Source: an uncultured Chloroflexia bacterium
GTDB taxonomy: Bacteria; Chloroflexota; Dehalococcoidia; UBA2979
Assembly: GCA_963728205.1 (NCBI GenBank)
Contig: CAVSIV010000006.1
Location: 576,001-640,000, forward strand
Direction of reading: 5' to 3'
Length of the DNA stretch: 64,000 bases
Below are positions 9,853 to 19,647 of this stretch, one piece after another. A program made the translations under genes and the position numbers. A model generated the notes under the pieces. It saw nothing but the letters and a program-made list of their open reading frames with translations. It ran no database searches and had not been told where the DNA came from. Position 1 is the stretch's first letter. The number at the start of each line of letters is the position of its first letter.

Positions 9853-11478
9853 ATGGCCACCACCGAACCCGTCCGAGTGCTCGGCGGCACGCAGGGACGC
9901 CGTGCCGAGATCCTGTCCGCCGATGCGCTCTCCTTCCTCGCCGAGCTGCACCGCGCGTTCGACCCGCGCCGGCGCGAGCTCCTCGCCGCGCGCGCCGAGC
10001 GACGCGCCCGCTTCGCCGCCGGCGAACGGCCCGCCTTCCTCGACGCCACCCGCGAAGTCCGCGCCGGCGACTGGCGCGTCGCCCCGCCGCCCCCCGACCT
10101 GCGCGACCGGCGCGTGGAGATCACCGGCCCCACCGACCGCAAGATGGTGATCAACGCGCTCAACTCCGGCGCCCGCGTCTTCATGGCCGACTTCGAAGAC
10201 GCGAACTCACCGACGTGGGCCAACATGGTCGACGGCCAGGCCAACCTCTTCGACGCCGTCCGCCGCCAGATCGACTTCACCGCCGACGACGGCCGCGCCT
10301 ACCGCCTCGGCGACGCCCCCGCCGTGCTCGTCGTTCGCCCGCGCGGCTGGCACCTCCCCGAACGCCACCTCCTCGTCGACGGCGACCCCGTCGCCGGCTC
10401 GCTCTTCGACAGCGGTCTGTATGCCTTCCACAATGCACGGGAACTGCTCGCGCGGCGCACCGGCCCGTACCTTTACCTGCCGAAGCTCGAGAGCCACCTC
10501 GAGGCGCGCCTCTGGAACGACGTCTTCACCTTCATCGAGGAGCGGCTCGACCTCGGCCATGGCGCCATCCGCGCGACCGTGCTGATCGAGACGATCCCCG
10601 CCGCGTTCGAGATGGACGAGATCCTGTACGAGCTGCGCGACCACTCCGCCGGCCTCAACGCCGGCCGCTGGGACTACATCTTCAGCATCATCAAACAGCT
10701 CGGGCAGGACCCCGCCTTCGTCCTCCCGAACCGCAGCCAGGTCACGATGACCGTGCCCTTCATGCAGGCCTACGCGCGCCTGCTCGTCCAGACCTGCCAC
10801 CGTCGCGGCGCCCATGCGATGGGCGGGATGGCCGCGTTCATCCCCAACCGCCGCGACCCCGACGCGACCGGCGTCGCGCTGGGCAAGGTGCGCGAGGACA
10901 AGCAGCGCGAGGCGAGCGAGGGCTTCGACGGCACGTGGGTCGCGCACCCCGACCTCGTCGACGTCGCCCGCGCCGTCTTCGACGCGCAGCTCGGCGACCG
11001 ACCCAACCAGGTCGACCGGCTGCGCGACGACGTGACGGTCACGATGGACGACCTGCTCGACGTGCGCGTGCCCGGCGCCGCCTTCACGACCGCCGAGTTC
11101 GAGAACAACGCCGCCGTCGCGGTGCGCTACCTCGCGGCGTGGCTCGCCGGCACCGGCGCGGTCGCCATCAACAACCTCATGGAGGACGCCGCCACCGCCG
11201 AGATCGCGCGGGCGCAGCTCTGGCAGTGGTCGCGCTTCGGGGCGCAGCTCGACGATGGCCCCGCGCGCGTCACCCCCGAGCGCGTGCGCGACGCGCTGCG
11301 CACCGCCGCCGAGCGCGCGACCGCGGACCTGCCCGCCGGCGGCGCCGTGACCGCCGCCCACGCCGAGACCGCGCGCGAGGTGCTGGAGGCGACGACCGGC
11401 GGCGACACGCTGGCGGAGTTCGTCACGCTCCCCGCGTACGAGCACCTCTCGCCGCCCGCCGCCGGCGAGCGCCCGTGA
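9853..11478 (+). CDS. aceB: Malate synthase A
   Basis: DRRVEITGP, VFMADFED, RPRGWHL, GLNAGRWDYIFS, GFDGTWVAHP, NLMEDAATAEI. Confidence 0.96.
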   Translation: MATTEPVRVLGGTQGRRAEILSADALSFLAELHRAFDPRRRELLAARAERRARFAAGERPAFLDATREVRAGDWRVAPPPPDLRDRRVEITGPTDRKMVINALNSGARVFMADFEDANSPTWANMVDGQANLFDAVRRQIDFTADDGRAYRLGDAPAVLVVRPRGWHLPERHLLVDGDPVAGSLFDSGLYAFHNARELLARRTGPYLYLPKLESHLEARLWNDVFTFIEERLDLGHGAIRATVLIETIPAAFEMDEILYELRDHSAGLNAGRWDYIFSIIKQLGQDPAFVLPNRSQVTMTVPFMQAYARLLVQTCHRRGAHAMGGMAAFIPNRRDPDATGVALGKVREDKQREASEGFDGTWVAHPDLVDVARAVFDAQLGDRPNQVDRLRDDVTVTMDDLLDVRVPGAAFTTAEFENNAAVAVRYLAAWLAGTGAVAINNLMEDAATAEIARAQLWQWSRFGAQLDDGPARVTPERVRDALRTAAERATADLPAGGAVTAAHAETAREVLEATTGGDTLAEFVTLPAYEHLSPPAAGERP

Positions 11479-11533
11479 CCCGCGGCGATACAATCGATCG
11501 GAGACGCACCGCAACACGATGGGAGAGCGCACC

Positions 11534-11722
11534 ATGCAACTCCAGCTCACGGACGACGAGGGCCGGCTGCTCGCGAAGATGGTCGAGCGTTACCGCGGCG
11601 AGCTCAGCATGGAGATCGCCGACACCGACAACTCGCGCTTCCACGACGAGCTGCGCGAGGAACAGGGCGTGCTGAACGCGCTCATCCAGAAGCTGCAGGG
11701 CGCTGGCGTCGGCGGCGCCTGA
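11534..11722 (+). CDS. Small hypothetical coiled-coil protein
   Basis: GGGAGA RBS; MQLQLTDDE..ELSMEIADTDN..; coding-like codon usage. Confidence 0.65.
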   Translation: MQLQLTDDEGRLLAKMVERYRGELSMEIADTDNSRFHDELREEQGVLNALIQKLQGAGVGGA

Positions 11723-11809
11723 CCCCGCCGCCCGCGCGGCACCGGTGGGCGCGGGGTCAGGCGCCCGCCCCCGACGAGCCTGCGACCGGCCGCGCGCGCA
11801 GCGGAGCGC

Positions 11810-11914
11810 GGGCGCTGGCCCACCGTGAAGTAGCCCGGGCGCTGGCCCACCGTCAAGTAGCCCGGGCGCTGGCGCACCGTGAAGGAGCCCGGGCGCTAGC
11901 CCACCGTAAAGTAG
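11810..11914. repeat. 27-bp tandem repeat x4
   Basis: GGGCGCTGGCCCACCGTGAAGTAGCCC-like units; the last unit is the 3' end of the kinase gene. Confidence 0.85.
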
Positions 11915-13719
11915 AACGTCGCGCCCGCGTCCGGCGCCGACTCCGCCCACACGCGGCCGCCGTGGCGCGCCACGATCCGCTCGACAATCGCCAGGCCCAC
12001 GCCCGTGCCCTCGTACTCGTCGCCGCTGTGCAGCCGCTGGAACACGCCGAAGAGCCGGTCCGCCTCCGCCATGTCGAACCCCACGCCGTTGTCGCGCACG
12101 AAGATCGCGTCCGCGCCGTCCTGCGCCGTCCGCCCCACCTCGATGCGTGCCGGCGACCGGTGCCGCGTGAACTTCACCGCGTTCGACAGCAGGTTCACGA
12201 ACACCCGCTGCATCAGCCCGGCGTCCACGTCCGCCTCGCCGAGGTCCCCAATCGCGAGGTCCAGCGCGTGGCCCTCGAGCTCGGAGTGCACCTCGTCGAG
12301 CGCCGCGTGCACCACCGACAGCAGCGCCGTCGGCCGCCGCTCCAGCCCCACCCGGCTCACGCGCGAGAACTGCAGCAGGTCGTCGATCAGCCGCGCCATC
12401 TGCTGCGCGCCGCCGCGGATGCGCGACAGGTAGCGCCGCGCCTCCGCGTCGAGCGTGTCGCCGAACTCCTCGTCGAGCATCTCCGAGAAGCCGTCGACCG
12501 TGCGCAGCGGCCCGCGCAGGTCGTGCGACACCGAGTACGTGAACGCCTCGAGCTCGCGGTTCACGTCGGTCAGCGCCGCCGTGCGCTCCTCGACGCGCCG
12601 CTCCAGCGTCGCGTTGAGGTCGTGCAGCTCGCGCGTGCGGCGCGACAGCGCCACCGCCATCGCGTCGAACGCGTGTCCCATCGTGCCCAGCTCGCCGCCC
12701 GCGTACGGCGGGCCGACCCGCGCCGCGAAGTCGCCGCCCGCGACGCGGCGCGTCGCGTCGATCAGCGCCCCCACCGGCCGCAGCACCGTGCGGTCGCTCG
12801 CGTACCACCCCGCGAGCAGCGCCGCCGCCGTCACGGCGCCCAGCAGCAGCAGGTCGCGGCGCAGCGCGTCGTCGGCGGGCGCGAACGCGGCCGCGCGCGG
12901 GACGCTCACGATCGCGAACGCGTCGCCGCCCAGCGCCGGCAGCGACGTGAACGCCACCAGCTCCGACGGCGCGCCGGCGGGTGCCCACTCGGTCGTCCCC
13001 CGGCCGCTCGCCGTCATCGTCGTGAACAGCGGCGTGTCGCGCAGCGACGCGCCCACCCCCGCGGCCGACTGCGGCGACCGCGGCACGCGCGCCAGCACCG
13101 TGCCCGCGCCGTCGGTCACCGCCGCGTACGAGCCGGGCGGGAGCTGCCCGATGGCCGCCGTCGGCTGCAGCTGCGCGAGATCGATCGCCGCGAACGCGAG
13201 CCCGCGCGGCGTGCCGTCGCCGCGGAGGATCGGCGTCGCGACGTTGAACGTCTGCTTGCCCGAGAGCCGGTCGACGATGAGATGGCCGACCGCGGAGCCG
13301 CGCGAGCGCATCGCCGCCTGGAAGTACGGGCGGTCCGCGAGGTTCACCGGAACGGGCAGCGGGACGCTCGAGCACAGCACGTTGCCGTCGGCGTCGGTGA
13401 CGCCGACGCTCGCGTAGATCGAGCCGGGGTCGGAGAAGTGGGCGAAGTACCGGTCGCAGGCGAGGCCGTCGATGCTGTGGAAGTCGGGCAGCGTCCCGAA
13501 GAACATCGCGATCGGGAGCAGCATCTGGCGTGCGCCCGCGACGGCCTGCTGATCCTGCTCGGCGACCGTGCGCGCGATCTGCAGGCCCTGCTCGCGAACG
13601 CGCGCGCCGGCGTCCGCGCGGCGCTGCAGGCCGGTGCGCAGGGTCAGCAGGATCGCCGGGACCGCGACGATCGCCACGAGCAGCAGCAGCCGCACGCGGA
13701 GACTGCGCAAGACACGCAA
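11896..13719 (-). CDS. Membrane sensor histidine kinase (Cache-HAMP-HisKA-HATPase)
   Basis: Two TM segments, DRPYF Cache motif, HAMP, FTYSVSHDLRGPL, NLLSNAVKF, DNGVGF, GTGVGL. Confidence 0.93.
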   Translation of the reverse strand: MRVLRSLRVRLLLLVAIVAVPAILLTLRTGLQRRADAGARVREQGLQIARTVAEQDQQAVAGARQMLLPIAMFFGTLPDFHSIDGLACDRYFAHFSDPGSIYASVGVTDADGNVLCSSVPLPVPVNLADRPYFQAAMRSRGSAVGHLIVDRLSGKQTFNVATPILRGDGTPRGLAFAAIDLAQLQPTAAIGQLPPGSYAAVTDGAGTVLARVPRSPQSAAGVGASLRDTPLFTTMTASGRGTTEWAPAGAPSELVAFTSLPALGGDAFAIVSVPRAAAFAPADDALRRDLLLLGAVTAAALLAGWYASDRTVLRPVGALIDATRRVAGGDFAARVGPPYAGGELGTMGHAFDAMAVALSRRTRELHDLNATLERRVEERTAALTDVNRELEAFTYSVSHDLRGPLRTVDGFSEMLDEEFGDTLDAEARRYLSRIRGGAQQMARLIDDLLQFSRVSRVGLERRPTALLSVVHAALDEVHSELEGHALDLAIGDLGEADVDAGLMQRVFVNLLSNAVKFTRHRSPARIEVGRTAQDGADAIFVRDNGVGFDMAEADRLFGVFQRLHSGDEYEGTGVGLAIVERIVARHGGRVWAESAPDAGATFYFTVG

Positions 13720-14115
13720 CGGGACTCACTCTCTGCGCGTGCGCCGGCCGGTCCGCTCCGGTGCGTGCGTCTCACGAGCGTAGCCGTCGGCCCGGCTTCG
13801 CTCGCGGCCCCGAGTGTACGGTGGGGGACAGGAGAGGGCACGACTCCCGGCCCGGCGCCGGCCGGCGCCCGGCACGGCTGCGGCGCCGCCCGTCTCGCCC
13901 GCGCGCGCTCTTTCAGCGCGCCTTCAGGGTCGAGCAGGACGCGAGCGCTACGGTCGGAACGGCACAGGTGCTGTGCCTGTTCCTCCCATGGGGCGCCGCC
14001 AGCTGCCTCTCTACCCCTCTGGATGGCGGCGTCCCCCTTCCCACCCACCCGGCCATCCGTCCCCGCCTGTCGCCGGCCGCAGACGGCAGTCGCCGTGCGG
14101 ACACGGGACGTGACC

Positions 14116-14227
14116 CACAGCGGCGGCAGACATGCCGCCGACAGGGCGCCGGCTACCGCCGGCGTTTCCGGGCGGCCCGCCCGTTCGGCGGCCGGGTCCT
14201 GTCGGCGGCATGTCTGCCGCCGCTGTG
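14116..14227. repeat. REP doublet variant
   Basis: CAGCGGCGGCAGACATGCCGCCGACAG ... inverted copy. Confidence 0.85.
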
Positions 14228-14324
14228 ACCTGGGGGCGCGAAGCCGGCTGCGCGCGAGCGGGGTTTCCGCCGCGACGCGACGCGGTACGCTCCGATCGCT
14301 CCCCCGGGACCGGGTCGACCGCCG

Positions 14325-14795
14325 ATGCCTCGACACGCGCCACGCCCGCTGCGACTGCTCGCCACGGCGGCCGCCGTCGCCGCGCTCGCACTGAGCGCCG
14401 CGTGCGCGCCGTCCGGATCGAGCGCCACCAGCGGGCCGGCGACCTGTCCGCCCGCCACCCCCGCCGCCGGCGCCGTCGCGGCGCACCCGTTCGTCTGCGT
14501 CGACACGCCGACGCCGGGCACGACCGTCGGGCGGGCCGTCGCCGTGGCCGGTCGCGCCGCGAACTTCGGGCCGTTCCGCGTGACGGTCGACCTGATCGAC
14601 GGCAGCGGCCTGATCGCGACGTCCGGCGTCGCGGAGTTCGGCGACGCGGGGGCGGCGGGGCACGTGCGCGCGTGGCGGATCGCGCTGTCGGTGCCTGCGG
14701 GCGTCGAGCCCGGCGAGATGACGCTGGTAGCGCGCGCGTTCGACCGGCAGCACCGCACGCTGGGGGAGCACGACGTGCCGGTGGTGTTGCGGTAG
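14325..14795 (+). CDS. Lipoprotein with a Gmad2-like Ig domain
   Basis: Lipobox LSAAC after a hydrophobic stretch; VDTPTPGTTV..VAVAGRA beta-rich domain. Confidence 0.6.
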   Translation: MPRHAPRPLRLLATAAAVAALALSAACAPSGSSATSGPATCPPATPAAGAVAAHPFVCVDTPTPGTTVGRAVAVAGRAANFGPFRVTVDLIDGSGLIATSGVAEFGDAGAAGHVRAWRIALSVPAGVEPGEMTLVARAFDRQHRTLGEHDVPVVLR

Positions 14796-14825
14796 CGGAG
14801 GCGGGGAGGTGTCCCCATCATCCAG

Positions 14826-16037
14826 TCAAGCGGCGACGCGCGAGCGCATGGTGTGTGTTGCGTCGTAGGCGGTGCCGGACTTGAGCATCGCAAGGATCAC
14901 GTCGCAGCGACGGCGAGCGAGGCAGATGATGGCGGCGTTGTGCTTCTTCCCCTGAGCGCGCTTGCGGTCGTAGAAGGCTCGGGAGGGCGGATGCCGCAGG
15001 GAGCAGAAGGCCGCGAGGAAGAGTGCATTCTTCAGCCGGTGGTTCCCCCGGCGGCTCCGCTTCTCGCCCCGGATGCTGGTACCCGACTGGCGCGTGACCG
15101 GAGCCAGTCCCGCGTAGCTCGCGAGCTGGGCGCCTGTGGCGAAGCGAGCGCCGTCACCGATCTCGGCGAGGATCTTCGCGCCGGTCCTGGGGCCCACGCC
15201 GGGGAGCGATATCAGGACCGGCCCCAGAGGGTGGCTGCGGAAGACCTCCTCGATCTGAACGAGGATCCGGCTGCGTCTGGCGTCGAGCCGGCCGAGTTCG
15301 GTGGCGAGCTCTGCAACGATCGGTCCAATGCGCCGCTCGCTTTGTACGGTGATCGTCTGGGCGTCGAGTGCGCTGAAGACCTCGTCCGCGAGGCGCGCGG
15401 CGACTCGGGGCGCCTGCCGGCGAAGCAGTCGCAGCACGGGACCACGGCCGGCCGCGCGGAGAGCCGACGGGGTGGGGTAGCGGGCAAGCAGCGCCCACGC
15501 CGCGGGGTGATCCAGTCGTGGACCGAGCACGGCCTCGAGTGGTGGATGCACGCTCGTGAGCATGTCGCGCAGCCGGTTCACCAGGCGGACTCGGTCCGCG
15601 GCGAGGTCATCGTCGTACCCCGAGAGGATGCGCAGCTCCTCGAGCAGCTCGTCGCCGACGGCCAGCCAGCGCAGGTTCCCTGGGTGGGTTCGTGCGAAGT
15701 CGGCAAGGACGAAGCTGTCGCGGACGTCCGTCTTCGCCTCGCCCGGGTAGAGATCTGCGGCTCGTCGCATGACCAGCCCGGGCACGTAGGCGACCGGGAC
15801 ACCGATCTCTCGGCACACGGCAAGCGTCAGCGCGGCGATCGACCCCGGCTGGTCCAACACCACTCCGGCATGCCCGATCGACGCTGCCGTCGACAGCAGC
15901 GCCTGAAGATCGGCCTGCTGATTCCGAACCGCGCGGGACGACAGCACCTCGCCGCCACCGTTGATCAGCGTTGCGTGGTGCTCGGTCTTTCCGACGTCGA
16001 GCCCAATGAACACATCGACCCGTGCCTCGGTCGGCAT
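14826..16037 (-). CDS. IS110 DEDD recombinase/transposase
   Basis: FIGLDVGK, KTDVRDS, LISLPGVG, LASYAGLAPVTRQSG, RRGNHRLK; GGAGG RBS. Confidence 0.96.
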   Translation of the reverse strand: MPTEARVDVFIGLDVGKTEHHATLINGGGEVLSSRAVRNQQADLQALLSTAASIGHAGVVLDQPGSIAALTLAVCREIGVPVAYVPGLVMRRAADLYPGEAKTDVRDSFVLADFARTHPGNLRWLAVGDELLEELRILSGYDDDLAADRVRLVNRLRDMLTSVHPPLEAVLGPRLDHPAAWALLARYPTPSALRAAGRGPVLRLLRRQAPRVAARLADEVFSALDAQTITVQSERRIGPIVAELATELGRLDARRSRILVQIEEVFRSHPLGPVLISLPGVGPRTGAKILAEIGDGARFATGAQLASYAGLAPVTRQSGTSIRGEKRSRRGNHRLKNALFLAAFCSLRHPPSRAFYDRKRAQGKKHNAAIICLARRRCDVILAMLKSGTAYDATHTMRSRVAA

Positions 16038-16044
16038 GCGCCCT

Positions 16045-16255
16045 CCGATCGCGACCGCGCTTTGCGCATCCGACCGGGTGCCTCGGCCTGCATCCACCTT
16101 ACGAACGAGCGCTCACGGCGCCGGTCCCCATCAGCGGTCCACGGCACCCAGCATCACCGGTGGCAACACCCCCCAGGTCCTCGAACAGACAGGGGGCAGA
16201 TGAGCCATGCCGGCGACGCCGGATGTGATCACGGGCCGCGGTCAGCCCGGCGATC
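16045..16255 (-). ncRNA. Putative bridge RNA in the IS110 left-end non-coding region
   Basis: Contains TGATGGGGAC (16133-16124), identical to the right end, and GTAAGGTG (16102-16095), complementary to the circle junction, either side of a hairpin; also a target-like GCCCCCT / GGGGGG pair; boundaries approximate. Confidence 0.75.
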
Positions 16256-16538
16256 GCGAAGAAGGTAAGGGGGGCCGGCAGCGGCGGCGCGCGGGCCGGA
16301 TGCCCGCGACAGGGTCGGCGGCCTGTCTGCCGCCGCTGAGGGCGGGCGGCGGCGGGCGGCGAGGCCGGCCGGACCGCGGGCGGGCGGCGGCGGGCGGCGA
16401 GGCCGGCCGGACCGTGGGCGGACGCCGGCGGGCGGCGGGGCCGGCCGGACCGCGGGCGGACGCCGGCGGTGCGCGCGACCGTTACGGTGGGGGACGGCGG
16501 GCGCGCCCACGCCGCCGCGAGACGAAGCCGGAGCGCGC

Positions 16539-17771
16539 ATGGCGTCCCCCGCACCCGCCGCTCCGCCTCGCTTCGACGCGCGCCGCAACGTCAGCCTGTT
16601 CTCCCTCCTCGGGCTCGTGCGCGACTTCAGCCCGCTCGTCGGCATCTGGGTCGTCTACCTCACCGGCTACCGCCACCTCACGCTCACCGAGGTGGGCGTG
16701 CTCGACGGCGCGTTCTGGGTCGTGAAGCTCGTCGCGCAGGTGCCGAGCGGCCTGCTGGCCGACCGCTACAGCCGCCGCTCGATGGTGCTGGCCGGGACGG
16801 TGATCGAGGCGTCGGGCGTCGTCGCGTTCGGGTTCGCCGCGGGGTTCGGCATGCTGCTGCTGTCGTACGTGCTGTGGTCGATCGGGATGGCGCTGAAGAC
16901 CGGCAGCAACGACCAGGCGCTGCTCTACGACAGCCTCGCCTTCGGCGGGCGCCAGCAGGAGTTCGGCGACCGCTTCGGGCTGTACCAGGCGCTGGCGACG
17001 GTGGGTGCGCTCGGCGGGGGGCTGATCGGCGGGTTCGTCGCCGCGGCGCTCAACCTGCGCGTCGCGGTGCTTGCCGCGGTCATCCCCTACCTGCCGGCCG
17101 TGCTGATCCTGCTCGCGATGCGCGAGCCGCCACGCTCGGCCACCGTCACCGCGCCGTCGACGTACCTGGCCACGATCGTCGGCGGCCTGGGCGGGATGTG
17201 GCGCGACCGCGGCCTGCGCTACGCGGTGCTGTTCTCGATCGCGCTCAGCTCGTTCGCGCCGATCTTCTCGCTGCTGGCGCAGCCCTTCATGAGCACGCAC
17301 CTGGTGCCGCTCGCGCTGTTCGGGGTGCTCGGCATCCCGGTGCGCGTGCTCGACGCCGGCGCCGCCTTCGCGAGCGGCCGCCTCGCGCGTCGCATCGGGC
17401 TGCCGCGCACGCTCGCGGCCGCGCTCGTGGCGATGACCGTGGGGGTGGCGGTGCTCACCGGCGTCGACCACGTGGCGGCGTTCGCCGGGTTCGTGATCGC
17501 ATTCCCCGCGATCTCGCTCGCGCTGCCGGCGCTGGGCGGGTACGTGAACGACCGCACGGGGCAGCGGGTGCGGGCGACGGTGCTGTCGCTCACGCCGCTG
17601 GGGACGTCGTTCGCGTGGATCTTCGTGAGCGTGAGCGGCGGGGCGCTCGCCGAGCAGTCGCTGCAGCTGGCGTTCGGGGTGCTGGGCGCGCTGGTGGTGA
17701 TCGCGTCGGTGGTGACGTACGTGCTGTGGCTGCGCGCGGAGCGGCCGCGGCTGGAGCGGGCGGGACGGTGA
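16539..17771 (+). CDS. MFS transporter
   Basis: QVPSGLLADRYSRR motif A, SNDQALLYDSL; about 12 TM segments. Confidence 0.9.
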   Translation: MASPAPAAPPRFDARRNVSLFSLLGLVRDFSPLVGIWVVYLTGYRHLTLTEVGVLDGAFWVVKLVAQVPSGLLADRYSRRSMVLAGTVIEASGVVAFGFAAGFGMLLLSYVLWSIGMALKTGSNDQALLYDSLAFGGRQQEFGDRFGLYQALATVGALGGGLIGGFVAAALNLRVAVLAAVIPYLPAVLILLAMREPPRSATVTAPSTYLATIVGGLGGMWRDRGLRYAVLFSIALSSFAPIFSLLAQPFMSTHLVPLALFGVLGIPVRVLDAGAAFASGRLARRIGLPRTLAAALVAMTVGVAVLTGVDHVAAFAGFVIAFPAISLALPALGGYVNDRTGQRVRATVLSLTPLGTSFAWIFVSVSGGALAEQSLQLAFGVLGALVVIASVVTYVLWLRAERPRLERAGR

Positions 17772-17811
17772 GGGGCCGCATCGGATGCGCGCGGGGCCAT
17801 CGACCGTTGGC

Positions 17812-18010
17812 AAGCGGCGGCAGCATGCCGACGATACCGGGGCGGGCACACGGCCCGCCTTTCCCACAGACGCCGCGACACCGAAGTGCCGCGGGACATC
17901 GGCGGCATGCTGCCGCCGCTTGACACGGGCGATGGGGGCGCGGAACGCGCGCGCGGCGACGGCGGGCCGAAGGCCCGCCGTCTGTCGGCGGCATGTCTGC
18001 CGCCGCTTTG
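17812..18010. repeat. REP variants (doublet 17812-17922 plus single 17982-18010)
   Basis: AAGCGGCGGCAGCATGCC..., CATCGGCGGCATGCTGCCGCCGCTT, CTGTCGGCGGCATGTCTGCCGCCGCTTT. Confidence 0.8.
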
Positions 18011-18022
18011 GGTTGGGCGCGG

Positions 18023-18283
18023 CTAGCGCGGCAGCGGGCGCCGGCGCTCCACCTCGACCACGTCGTCGTCGTCGTAGTCGCGGTACGAGCGGTCCCGGCG
18101 ACCCCAGAACCGCCACCGCGAGTCGGCGTCGACCATCATCAGCGACGTCAGCCAGCCGGCGAAGCCGACCACCATCAGAATCACGCCGACCGTCGTCAGG
18201 TCGATGCCGCGCGTCGTCACGGTCACCGCGAACGCGAGGATCGCGCCGACGGCAATCAGGATGATGCTCACGGTCAGGCCCAT
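18023..18283 (-). CDS. DUF6458-like small two-TM membrane protein
   Basis: MGLTVSIILIAVGAILAFAV..GIDLTTVGVILMVVG; GGAGG RBS. Confidence 0.8.
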   Translation of the reverse strand: MGLTVSIILIAVGAILAFAVTVTTRGIDLTTVGVILMVVGFAGWLTSLMMVDADSRWRFWGRRDRSYRDYDDDDVVEVERRRPLPR

Positions 18284-18329
18284 GAGCGCACCTCCTCTCC
18301 CGTCATCGCTCGCCCCGCCCCCGGATCGG

Positions 18330-18593
18330 TCACGAGAGCGTGCGACCGATGCGCGTGCTCTCCGTCGCGCGCAGCTGCGCGCCCTCCTCGGCCGTGAACG
18401 TGTGTCCGCAGCCCTCGCAGTGGTAGGAGGCGACGCGGTCGTCGTGGCCCATGTCCTCCGCGCGGTCCCACCGCGGGATCATCGTCACGTGCGGGCAGCT
18501 CGCGTCCATCTCGCGCGGGTCCGCCGGCGCCCGGTCGGCGCCCCGGCTGCGCTCCTCTGCGGCGTGTCGTCGGCTCAGTCCGCGAAGCTTCAT
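18330..18593 (-). CDS. Small hypothetical protein with a zinc-ribbon-like CPH...CEGC motif
   Basis: GGAGG RBS; SCPHV..PRWD..YHCEGCGHTFT. Confidence 0.7.
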   Translation of the reverse strand: MKLRGLSRRHAAEERSRGADRAPADPREMDASCPHVTMIPRWDRAEDMGHDDRVASYHCEGCGHTFTAEEGAQLRATESTRIGRTLS

Positions 18594-19167
18594 CGTCAGT
18601 GCTCCTCCGGGCCGCTCATCCGCCGCCGCCTCGAGTGAGGACGGCCGGCCCCGATGGTGGTGGTGCGACCCCTCTACTCGTTGAACGGAGCGCGCCCCGG
18701 CGCGTTGCTTGCATTCCTGTTGCAGCGCGCGCCCCGCCGGCGCGGCTCTCGGCGCCCCGGGGATGCCCTCGGCGCGGCCGGCGTGCCGCCCCCCGCGCCC
18801 GCGCCGCCGAGCCGCGGCGCGCGCCGATGCCGCGCTCGCGCCAGGTCGCGCGTGCTCGCCGGCACGGTCAACCGGGTGCGTTGCGGAATGCGTTCAGACC
18901 GGCGAACGGGCGCCCCGGCGTGTCGTTTTCGAGGCAGGGACCGCCGCAACACGGCCCCCGGGTGGACGCAGCGGGGAGCGGAACCATGGGCGTGATCGTG
19001 ATCTGTCTCGTCGTGCTGGCCGCGGGTATCGGCGCCGAGGTGGGCGCCGGCCTCGCCGTGAACAATCCGGGCGCGCGCGACGTCTTACCTCCCGGGGCGC
19101 GAACGCGATCGGGTCGCACCGCCCGCTGACCGCCGAGCCGGCAGCGGCGGCCACCGGCCGCCTGCTG

Positions 19168-19320
19168 TGTCGGCGGCGTATCCGCCGCCGCTTTGGGGGG
19201 GCGGATACCCGCCCGGCCGTGTCGGCGGCGTATCCGCCGCCGCTTTGGGGGGGCGGATGCCCGCCCGGGCCGGTCGGCGGCGTATCCGCCGCCGCTGTGG
19301 GCGGGCGGATGCCCGCCCGG
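19168..19320. repeat. 52-bp tandem REP + hairpin mosaic x3 (BIME-like)
   Basis: GTCGGCGGCGTATCCGCCGCCGCT at 19169, 19221, 19273, each followed by a GGGCGG-N4-CCGCCC hairpin. Confidence 0.85.
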
Positions 19321-19647
19321 GCGAGAGGGAGCGCGATGCCCGCCACTGCACGCAGCCACCGCCCGGCACGCGGGCGCCACGCCGCGGCCTCCGGCGCGCA
19401 CGGGCCCGTGGCGGCCCGCCCGCGCGCGGGTGCGACGCAGCGCCGCCCCGCGTCGCACCCGCGCGCGATCTCGCGCGCATTCGCGAGCGCCGCCAGCCGC
19501 AAGGGAACTGATAGCGCGCGCTTCGAGCCCGTAACGGCTGCGTACCGCCCCCGTGCCTAACGTGAACTCCATCGATCGGCACGACCTCCGCCGCCCGACC
19601 GCGTCGCGGCGTGGGGGGTCGGCGTCCGCCTACCGGGGAGCGTACGC

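Larger units (their letters stand above)
14807..16270 (-). mobile_element. IS110-family insertion sequence (IS900-like), complete
   Basis: No terminal inverted repeats; CCT core at both ends (14807-14809, 16268-16270); left end CCTTACCTTCTT and right end GCTTGAC...; lower GC3 than neighbours. Confidence 0.9.

Noticed and set aside
13780-14250. ORFs containing SAAYLPPL / RRQTCRR / AADMPP peptides here and elsewhere
   Set aside because: These are translations of the REP element, not a protein family
18986-19129. 47-aa hydrophobic ORF in the 1-kb intergenic gap
   Set aside because: Plausible RBS but no motif or paralogue; insufficient evidence
19168-19320. Possible mini-CRISPR of palindromic repeats
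   Set aside because: Spacers are near-identical hairpins and the repeat belongs to the dispersed REP family
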